Source of the DNA: Roseococcus sp. | GTDB lineage: Bacteria; Pseudomonadota; Alphaproteobacteria; Acetobacterales; Acetobacteraceae | DNA: 40,000 nt | Direction: 5' to 3' | NCBI RefSeq assembly: GCF_965227005.1 | Contig: NZ_CBDDFJ010000034.1 | Coordinates: 56,855 to 96,854 of the forward strand | Program-made: the position numbers and the translations under genes | Notes under the pieces: model-generated | Database searches by the model: none | The model's input: only the letters and a program-made list of their open reading frames with translations | What the model was told of the DNA's origin: nothing | Part shown: piece by piece, positions 33,830-40,000 of the stretch | Position numbering within the stretch: position 1 is the stretch's first letter | Layout: every line of letters begins with the position of its first letter

Positions 33830-35176
33830 TCATCTCGCCAAGAATCCGTTTGAGCAGTGATCCGCCCATGCGCTCATCAACGGGATGCGTCGATCGAAGA
33901 GGTCGCTCCGTCGATATGCGCCAGACACTTTATTAGCGATCTCGTGAGCCAAGGCGCGCTCCGCAGCCTCGCGTTCCTGAGGGCAGGTATCGTCTACCCA
34001 CGTCGAGAACGTAGCTCGGAAGCCGTGGGGTACAGCCGGTCTACCGTCTGCATCGCGCCACGGGGCAGTCTGACCTTCTGGCCGATCCGCATTCATCCGC
34101 CGGACAACCATCGATACCGCCATATCAGACAAGGGAACGTCGCGCTTCTGGCTCGGGAAAATCAGCGCGCTCCCTAAGCCGTCCAGGAGACCAGGCAGTC
34201 CTTCGGCTGAAACGCGATAGCCGACCGCATGGCCGCAAGCCTTCGCCAGGACCTCTATGGTCGCTGCCGCTAGTGGAACTCGGTGAGGCAAGACCTCGGC
34301 CGACTTCTTACCTTTCATCTCCTCGCCGGGAACAGTGAGGGTCGGGGTGCCGTCGAAGGAGAGATACGACCAACGAAGCTTCCTCACCTCACCAGAGCGC
34401 AGCGCGGTGAGAATAATGGTTTGGAGAACAAGCGCTGATTGCCCCTCCACCATCTTGAGCTCCGCCATGAAGGCGGCAATTTTCATCCAAGGTAAAGATG
34501 GATGATTTTTGCCACCAGGCAGTGCGGGCAGCCCAGCGTATCGCAGCATTCGAGCGTCGGCAGGATTGTCATTCGCACGCCAACCATGGGCTGCAGCGTA
34601 GCGAAGCACGGCTGCTATTCGACGTAGCACCTTGCGACCGATAGACGGAGCCGAGCTCCAGACACCTTCAATTGCTTTCTTCACTAGCGCCCGATCGATC
34701 TGGCCGACTGGTAGATCACCGAGCACGGGATAAGCATGTCGTTCCAACGACGACTTCCATAGCAGCGCCGTTCTTACATTCTTCCAGCCCGGCGCCTCTG
34801 CTTCGATGCACGCCATCGCGACCGACCTAAATGTTCTCGCCCGAGCGGCCTCTGAAGCAGCCTGATCGTCGTCGCGTTGACGGCGGACCCGTACTCTTTC
34901 GTTTAGGGGGTCAATGCCGTCGCTGAGTAACGCTCGCGATGCTGCGGCTCGCTTGCGCGCTTCGGCCAACGAGGTTCCGTCAGGCGCGTCGCCAAGAGGG
35001 CCGAGACCCATTTCACGTGCCTTACCTCGCAGCGTGTATCTGAATAACCAGGACTTGGATCCTCCCTGAGCTATCTGAAGATAAAGACCGTCTCCATCGG
35101 GAAATCGCACCGGCCTGCTGCCCTTGGCCGGGTCATGTCTGAGCGACTTGACAGTCACAGCAGTTAGTCGGCCCAC
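33830..35176 (-). CDS. int: Tyrosine recombinase / phage P4-type integrase
   Basis: 448 aa with a GTG start. N-terminal 'LTAVTVKSLRHDPAKGSRPVRFPDGDGLYLQIAQGGSKSWLFRY' (P4-integrase arm-binding, DUF4102-like). Catalytic 'ALRSGEVRKLRW' (R), 'HGFRATFSTW' (HxxR) and 'ALAHEIANKVSGAYRRSD' (H...Y). Confidence 0.9.
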   Translation of the reverse strand: MGRLTAVTVKSLRHDPAKGSRPVRFPDGDGLYLQIAQGGSKSWLFRYTLRGKAREMGLGPLGDAPDGTSLAEARKRAAASRALLSDGIDPLNERVRVRRQRDDDQAASEAARARTFRSVAMACIEAEAPGWKNVRTALLWKSSLERHAYPVLGDLPVGQIDRALVKKAIEGVWSSAPSIGRKVLRRIAAVLRYAAAHGWRANDNPADARMLRYAGLPALPGGKNHPSLPWMKIAAFMAELKMVEGQSALVLQTIILTALRSGEVRKLRWSYLSFDGTPTLTVPGEEMKGKKSAEVLPHRVPLAAATIEVLAKACGHAVGYRVSAEGLPGLLDGLGSALIFPSQKRDVPLSDMAVSMVVRRMNADRPEGQTAPWRDADGRPAVPHGFRATFSTWVDDTCPQEREAAERALAHEIANKVSGAYRRSDLFDRRIPLMSAWADHCSNGFLAR

Positions 35177-35196
35177 ACGTGCCTCTCAATTTTCCT

Positions 35197-35232
35197 TACC
35201 CCCAACTCTACCCCCAATTCCGTCGGGGGTAA
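35197..35232 (+). repeat. Three TACCCCC(A) motifs (two direct, one inverted); candidate integrase arm-type sites between the int start and distal att
   Basis: TACCCCCA at 35197 and 35209, and the inverted copy GGGGGTAA at 35225-35232. The 20-mer 35197-35216 repeats 3048-3067 with one mismatch. Confidence 0.45.
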
Positions 35233-35335
35233 ACGCAGATCATCCTAGATGCATTGAGACAAATCATCACCTAAGTCACTGTTAATGCGTGTGTTCATAG
35301 ACGATGGTAGATGCAGGTAGACTACGATTTGGCGT

Positions 35336-35350
35336 CCGCCGGGGACACCA
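35336..35350 (+). repeat. att core direct repeat, distal copy (displaced tRNA 3' end fragment)
   Basis: CCGCCGGGGACACCA is identical to tRNA positions 2978-2992. No tRNA body lies upstream of it. Confidence 0.8.
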
Positions 35351-35429
35351 ATTTTTCAATACGTTACGGTCGACTAGCCTACTCATTTTGCGGACTTGAA
35401 GTTCGTGGACTTGTGGCGGACCTCAAGGA

Positions 35430-35639
35430 ATGACTGCCATGACACCCATCTCCACTCCTCTCAACCGCGCCGAAGCCGACCCGCGAGGCGGCCGGTGGGG
35501 CTATGTGCTGCGCAACCCGGAAGGCGAGGAGGTTTACCGGTCGGTGGATACCTTCGCCCATCCGCTGGACGCCGTGGCGGCCGGTGTCAGGAAATCCGCC
35601 ACCCTGCCGCGCGGCATCAAGGGTCGGCTGAAGCGCTGA
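35430..35639 (+). CDS. Small hypothetical protein (outside the island)
   Basis: 69 aa with strongly GC3-biased codons consistent with real coding. The alternative ATG 35439 has AAGGAA 8 nt upstream. No motif recognised. Confidence 0.45.
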   Translation: MTAMTPISTPLNRAEADPRGGRWGYVLRNPEGEEVYRSVDTFAHPLDAVAAGVRKSATLPRGIKGRLKR

Positions 35640-35781
35640 GATCAGCAGCCCTCACTCACGTCCAGGCCTGGCGCGCGATCGTCAGATCGTCGCGCCGCCG
35701 CAACCGGCAGAACCGCCCCCGCGTTTCATTTGCGCGCCACGCCGGCTGAATGCGACGCGCAGGAATCCCCGGGGGTGATGT

Positions 35782-36006
35782 ATGTTGCAGCTCAATCCGC
35801 CGCTGCCCGTGACGACGCCTCACGGGCCCGGCCTCGCTCATTTCTGCATCGACTATGGGGTGGAGAGCCACCTCATGTGGGTCGTGTTCCTCGACGCCAA
35901 TGGTGAGTGCTGGACAGTGCCTAACCCGGAGATCCGGATGGCCGCCAACTGGTCGCTGGGCCGCCGCCTGAAGAAAGCCCCCATGCCCCTCGCCGCCGTC
36001 GGCTAA
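35782..36006 (+). CDS. Small hypothetical protein (outside the island)
   Basis: 74 aa with GC3-biased codons. No motif recognised. Confidence 0.4.
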   Translation: MLQLNPPLPVTTPHGPGLAHFCIDYGVESHLMWVVFLDANGECWTVPNPEIRMAANWSLGRRLKKAPMPLAAVG

Positions 36007-36170
36007 CGGCCGGCGATCGGGGCGGCTGCCCGCGCGCCGCGCAGCCAGCGGTTCCATTGCCTCCTGCCGCGGCAATCCGCGGCGTTCTCCGCCGCGTACG
36101 GAGGTCGCGGAGCTTGCTCCAGAGTTGAGCTTTGCTAGGCTGCGTGCATCCGGATCTTGGAGCGACACGC

Positions 36171-37124
36171 ATGGATCGCCGCCTCTTTCTCAGCGCCACC
36201 ACGACCGGGCTGCTGGCCGCTCCGGCCGTCCTGCACGCCCAGACGCTCCCCAAGGTCATCATCGGCATGTCGGGCTGGACGGGTTTCGCCCCGCTGACCC
36301 TGGCCGAGCAGGCCGGAATCTTCCGCGCCAATGGCGTCGAGGTCGAGACCAAGTTCATCCCGGTGCGCGAGCGCAACCTGGCCCTCGTCGGCGGGTCGCT
36401 GAACTGCGTGGTCACCACGGTCGACACCATGATCCTCTGGGCCAGCACGGCGCCGCTCGTGCAGGTCCTGGTGCTCGACCGCTCCAAGGGTGGCGATGGC
36501 CTCGCGGTGCGCCCCAACATCAATTCCTGGGCCGATTTCAAGGGCAAGACGATCGCCTGCGACGGCGCGGGCAGCTCGCCCTATTTCGTGCTGGCCTACA
36601 TGTTGCGCGAGAACGGCATGTCGATCCGCGACGTCAGCCTCGCCACGCTGGCCGCGCAGCCCGCCGCCCAGGCCTTCGTCGCCGGCCAGTATGACGGCTG
36701 CTCGAGCTACGAACCCTACCTCTCCCAGGTGCGCGCCATGGGCGCGGACAAGGGCAAGGTCTTCGCCACGACGCTGGACCATCCCTGCATCGTCGACACC
36801 CTCGCCTTCCCGCCCGCCTTCATCCAGGCCAATCCCGAGGTCGTGCGCCGCGTGGTGAAGTCCTGGTTCGACGCCCTGGCGATGATCGCGAGCGAGCCCG
36901 ATCGCTCGGTCGAGATCATGGGCCGCCGCGTCAACCAGAACCCGGAGCAGTTCAGGGCCAGCGCGCGGTTCATCGAATGGATGGACCAGCCGATGAACCG
37001 CGATTACGTCGCCAACGGCCTGCCGGAATTCACCCGCAAGGCGCATACCGTGCAGCGCGAGACCGGCACCGTGCGCCGCGACGTCGATCTGTCGGCCCTC
37101 TTCAACCCCGCCTTCATCGGGTGA
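36171..37124 (+). CDS. ABC transporter periplasmic substrate-binding protein (NitT/TauT family, NMT1/SsuA-like)
   Basis: Tat-like signal 'MDRRLFLSATTTGLLAAPAVLHA', with GGAG 9-12 nt upstream of ATG 36171. It is followed by cognate permease and ATPase genes. Confidence 0.8.
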   Translation: MDRRLFLSATTTGLLAAPAVLHAQTLPKVIIGMSGWTGFAPLTLAEQAGIFRANGVEVETKFIPVRERNLALVGGSLNCVVTTVDTMILWASTAPLVQVLVLDRSKGGDGLAVRPNINSWADFKGKTIACDGAGSSPYFVLAYMLRENGMSIRDVSLATLAAQPAAQAFVAGQYDGCSSYEPYLSQVRAMGADKGKVFATTLDHPCIVDTLAFPPAFIQANPEVVRRVVKSWFDALAMIASEPDRSVEIMGRRVNQNPEQFRASARFIEWMDQPMNRDYVANGLPEFTRKAHTVQRETGTVRRDVDLSALFNPAFIG

Positions 37125-37125
37125 C

Positions 37126-37899
37126 ATGAAGCCCCTCGTTCCAGTTTCGGCGCCGGCCCGGGTTGCCCTCGGCGCCGGCTTCTTCGCCATGTTCGTCGCG
37201 GCCTGGGCGGGCGTGACCTATTCCGGCTACGTGCCGCCGCTCTTCCTGGCCTCGCCGGGCCAGACGCTGATGTCGGGCTGGTCCCTGCTCACCGAATACG
37301 GCTTCCTCGGCGACATCCTGGTGACCATCGGGCGCGTCGTCGGCGGCTTCCTCATCGCTTCGGCGCTGGGCGTGCCGCTCGGGCTGATGATGGGCGCCTT
37401 CAAGCCGGTCGAGGCCTTCTTCGAGCCCTTCGTCTCCTTCGCGCGTTACCTGCCCGCCTCCGCCTTCATCCCGCTGCTGATCCTCTGGGTCGGCATCGGC
37501 GAGGCGCAGAAGCTCTCGCTCATCTTCATCGGCTCGTTCTTCCAGATCGTGATCATGGTGTCCGTCATCGCCGGCGGGACGCGGATGGACCTGGTCGAGG
37601 CGGCCTATACCCTCGGCGCGAAATCCCGCGGCATCGTGAAGCGTGTGATCCTGCCCTCCTCGGCGCCGCTGGTGATGGAGACCCTGCGCCTCGTGCTCGG
37701 CTGGGCCTGGACCTATGTGATCGTCGCCGAGCTGATCGGCGCCTCCTCGGGCATCGGTCATATGATCATGGACAGCCAGCGCCTGCTCGACACCGGGCAG
37801 ATGATCTTCGGCATCGTGCTGATCGGCCTGATCGGCCTCGTCACCGACTTCCTCTTCAAGGCGGCGAACCGCTGGCTCTTCCCCTGGGCGTCGATCTGA
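37126..37899 (+). CDS. ABC transporter permease (NitT/TauT family)
   Basis: 257 aa with multiple hydrophobic spans. Permease loop 'VEAAYTLGAKSRGIVKRVILPSSAP'. It starts 2 nt after the binding-protein stop. Confidence 0.85.
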   Translation: MKPLVPVSAPARVALGAGFFAMFVAAWAGVTYSGYVPPLFLASPGQTLMSGWSLLTEYGFLGDILVTIGRVVGGFLIASALGVPLGLMMGAFKPVEAFFEPFVSFARYLPASAFIPLLILWVGIGEAQKLSLIFIGSFFQIVIMVSVIAGGTRMDLVEAAYTLGAKSRGIVKRVILPSSAPLVMETLRLVLGWAWTYVIVAELIGASSGIGHMIMDSQRLLDTGQMIFGIVLIGLIGLVTDFLFKAANRWLFPWASI

Positions 37900-37900
37900 G

Positions 37901-38689
37901 ATGAGCAACAAGACCCTGCGGGTCGAGGGCGTCACGCGCTCCTTCCCCGCCCGTGGCAAGGCGGGTCCGACGCTCGCTTTGCAGCCCACCGACCTCACCG
38001 CCGCGCCCGGTGAGTTCGTCGCCATCCTCGGCCCCTCGGGCTGCGGCAAGTCCACGCTGCTGCGCATCGTCGCGGGCCTCGACACACCGACCGCCGGGCG
38101 CGTGACGCTGGACGGCGCGCCCGTCACCGGCCCCGGCGCGGATCGCGGGATGGTGTTCCAGTCCTACACGCTCTTCCCCTGGCTGACCGTGGGCCAGAAC
38201 ATCCGCTTCGGGCTGGAGGAGCGCGGCCTGCGGGCCGCGGAGCAGGACGCCACGGCCGAGCGCTTCATCGCGCGCACCGGCCTCAAGGGCTTCGAGAATC
38301 ACTGGCCGCGCCAGCTTTCCGGCGGCATGCAGCAGCGCTGCGCCCTGGCCCGCGCTCTGGCCAACGACCCCGAGATCCTGCTGCTCGACGAGCCCTTCGG
38401 CGCGCTCGATCACCAGACGCGCGAGCTGATGCAGGAACTGCTGCTGGAGATCTGGGTGGCGGACCGCAAGACGGTGCTCTTCGTCACCCACGATATCGAC
38501 GAGGCGATCTTCCTCGCAAACCGGGTGATCGTGATGTCGGCGCGGCCGGGCCGCATCAAGGCGGATGTGCGGGTGCCGATGGGCTATCCGCGCGACTGGA
38601 CGATGAAGACCACGCCGGAATTCGCCGCCCTCAAGGCGCAGCTGATGGGCGAGATCCGCGACGAGGTCCGCAAGGCCGCGATGGGCTGA
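37901..38689 (+). CDS. ABC transporter ATP-binding protein (NitT/TauT family)
   Basis: Walker A '[17 protein letters not shown]', signature '[15 protein letters not shown]' and Walker B '[12 protein letters not shown]'. Confidence 0.9.
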   Translation: MSNKTLRVEGVTRSFPARGKAGPTLALQPTDLTAAPGEFVAILGPSGCGKSTLLRIVAGLDTPTAGRVTLDGAPVTGPGADRGMVFQSYTLFPWLTVGQNIRFGLEERGLRAAEQDATAERFIARTGLKGFENHWPRQLSGGMQQRCALARALANDPEILLLDEPFGALDHQTRELMQELLLEIWVADRKTVLFVTHDIDEAIFLANRVIVMSARPGRIKADVRVPMGYPRDWTMKTTPEFAALKAQLMGEIRDEVRKAAMG

Positions 38690-38716
38690 GGGATCGCCCC
38701 GGCCCATCGCCTTTCG

Positions 38717-39751
38717 TCACTCCGCGGCGGCCAGCTTCGTGTCCCGGATTTCGGGCGCGATGTGCTTCATGAACAGCTTCAGCGCGCGGGCCGAGAATTC
38801 TGCGGGCATCGGGCCCGTGCGGAAGCGGATGCTGACGCCGCCGATCCCGGTCTTGGCCAGATTCGTGAAGTCCTCCATCACCGTCTCCGGCGAGCCGCAG
38901 AGAACCGGCAGGGTCGGCTGCGCATTGGCCTTGGCGACCATCTCCTCGAAGGCGGAGCTCTGCGCCGCGCGATAGGTCTGCATCTGCCGGAAATACGGCA
39001 GGCCGACCTCCTCGGCCTCCTTGTCCGTCGGCGCGAGAATCACGGTGCGCGACACCCAGCTCTCGCTGATGGCCCAGTCGATGCGGTCGTCGCTGACGCC
39101 GGCCTCGCGCGCCGCGTTGCGATAGGCCTCGATGTTGCGCGCCGCGCCCTTGGCCGTCGCGGCCGCCATGATCACCGGGCGCCCCTGACGGGCCTGGCCC
39201 ATGATCGAGCCCTCGGAGGCGACGGCGCGCAGGATCTGCGGATGCGGCTTCGTATATGGCCGGGGGCGCAGCATCATCGGCACGTCGAAGTTCCAGTACT
39301 TCCCCTCGTGCTTGAGGTGGTCGCTGGTCCAGCTCTGGATGAGGATCTTCTCGATCTCCTCGAACCGCTCCTGCGCGCTCTGGGGATCGATCTGGTAGCC
39401 GCTGTATTCGTGCTGGTTCACCATGCTGCCGCGGCCCAGGCCCACGATCATGCGGCCCTTGCTCAGATTGTCGAGCAGCGAGATCTGCTCGGCCACGCGC
39501 AGCGGGTGGTAGAGCGAGGTCTGCAGGACGGCGAAGCCGATCTTGATGCGCGTCGTCGCCATGGCGAGCGCGGCGGCGAAGGTCGGTGGGTCGACATAGA
39601 CGCAATTGCCGTCGAAGTGGTGCTCGGCGAGGAAGACGGCGTCCATGCCCTCGGCCTCGGCCAGCTGGGCTTCGCGGACGGCTTCGTCGATGACCTGGGA
39701 ATCGCCGGAAGGGTCGCGCGATTCGTGGAACAGAAAGACGCCGGTTCTCAT
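38717..39751 (-). CDS. LLM-class (luciferase-like) flavin-dependent oxidoreductase
   Basis: 344 aa. 'GMDAVFLAEHHF', 'IKIGFAVLQTSLYHPLRVAEQISLLDNLSKGRMIVGLGRGS' and 'PQILRAVASEGS' follow the typical LLM pattern. Confidence 0.8.
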   Translation of the reverse strand: MRTGVFLFHESRDPSGDSQVIDEAVREAQLAEAEGMDAVFLAEHHFDGNCVYVDPPTFAAALAMATTRIKIGFAVLQTSLYHPLRVAEQISLLDNLSKGRMIVGLGRGSMVNQHEYSGYQIDPQSAQERFEEIEKILIQSWTSDHLKHEGKYWNFDVPMMLRPRPYTKPHPQILRAVASEGSIMGQARQGRPVIMAAATAKGAARNIEAYRNAAREAGVSDDRIDWAISESWVSRTVILAPTDKEAEEVGLPYFRQMQTYRAAQSSAFEEMVAKANAQPTLPVLCGSPETVMEDFTNLAKTGIGGVSIRFRTGPMPAEFSARALKLFMKHIAPEIRDTKLAAAE

Positions 39752-39826
39752 ACTCGAAACTTTCCTGGGGCCGAGCTCCGCTCGCTACAGCCGGGCCGGG
39801 GGAACTTCAATGCGGCGCGGATGAAC

Positions 39827-40000
39827 TCAATTGCCTCCCGGGCGCAGCAATGCCTGCATCAGCGGCACCAGCGCCGCTTCCTCCAGCTCCCAGTACCGCG
39901 CGAATTCCTCCGGCCCTCGATAGGTGATGGGGATGGCGAGCTGCTCCATCTTCTCGCGATGCTCGGGCGACAGGATCGCCCGTTCGAGCGCGCCGGCCCA
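39827..40000 (-). CDS. 3' end of a Bug-family (TctC-like) tripartite tricarboxylate transporter substrate-binding protein (partial; runs off the window)
   Basis: My own translation of the minus strand gives '...ILSPEHREKMEQLAIPITYRGPEEFARYWELEEAALVPLMQALLRPGGN*', which resembles the Bug-family C-terminus. It is too short to appear in the ORF track. Confidence 0.4.
   Translation of the reverse strand, partial: WAGALERAILSPEHREKMEQLAIPITYRGPEEFARYWELEEAALVPLMQALLRPGGN

Larger units (their letters stand above)
2978..35350. mobile_element. Integrative genomic island (~32.4 kb) inserted in the 3' end of tRNA-Arg(CCT)
   Basis: An exact 15-bp direct repeat of the tRNA 3' end lies at both borders. 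A tyrosine integrase gene sits just inside the distal border. The border-proximal sequence is AT-richer, the cargo is defence/accessory, and housekeeping-type genes lie outside. Confidence 0.8.

Noticed and set aside
36135-39605. Long minus-strand ORFs (36135-37190, 37114-38127, 37856-38707, 38631-39605) across the ABC transporter and LLM genes
   Set aside because: The opposite or alternative frames encode clear ABC-transporter and LLM motifs. These ORFs are Arg/Gly/Asp-rich shadows with no motifs.
1-40000. CRISPR arrays, rRNA genes, IS elements with terminal inverted repeats, and toxin-antitoxin pairs
   Set aside because: I found no regularly spaced direct repeats, no rRNA-like sequence, no transposase motifs (DDE or HUH) and no small two-gene TA-like cassettes while reading both strands.

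Overview
This is a high-GC bacterial chromosome segment. It looks alphaproteobacterial by composition and protein flavour, but the taxon cannot be proven from this window. Housekeeping-type genes sit at both edges: a DinG/XPD-family helicase at 29-2866, and at 35430-40000 two small ORFs, a NitT/TauT-type ABC transporter, an LLM flavin oxidoreductase and a Bug/TctC fragment. Between them lies a ~32.4 kb integrative genomic island inserted into the 3' end of tRNA-Arg(CCT) (2916-2992). An exact 15-bp direct repeat delimits it (2978-2992 and 35336-35350), and it encodes a P4-type tyrosine integrase (33830-35176). The main cargo is a complete Dpd-type 7-deazaguanine DNA modification/restriction system, a family already described in Salmonella enterica serovar Montevideo, laid out as two convergent, translationally coupled operons. 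The plus-strand 'restriction' operon has eight genes (6700-24518): SNF2 helicase, RecQ-like helicase, 299-aa unknown, 1031-aa P-loop NTPase, 239-aa helical protein, 1516-aa DEAD/DEAH helicase with a zinc ribbon, small PLD-family nuclease, and 748-aa unknown. The minus-strand 'modification' operon has seven genes (31000-24821): a DpdC-position protein, a DGQHR protein, TGT-like DpdA, a second DGQHR paralog, QueE, QueD and QueC. Other cargo includes a leftward module next to the tRNA, made of an AlpA-like HTH, two paralogous small proteins and a reverse transcriptase whose catalytic YxDD box reads YSDN. There is also an orphan 626-aa protein with a possible Mrr-like nuclease C-terminus. A 16-22 bp palindrome (core CTGCACCCGGGTGCAG) recurs at least four times in the island. 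All family assignments come from motifs and synteny read by eye, because no database search was possible.
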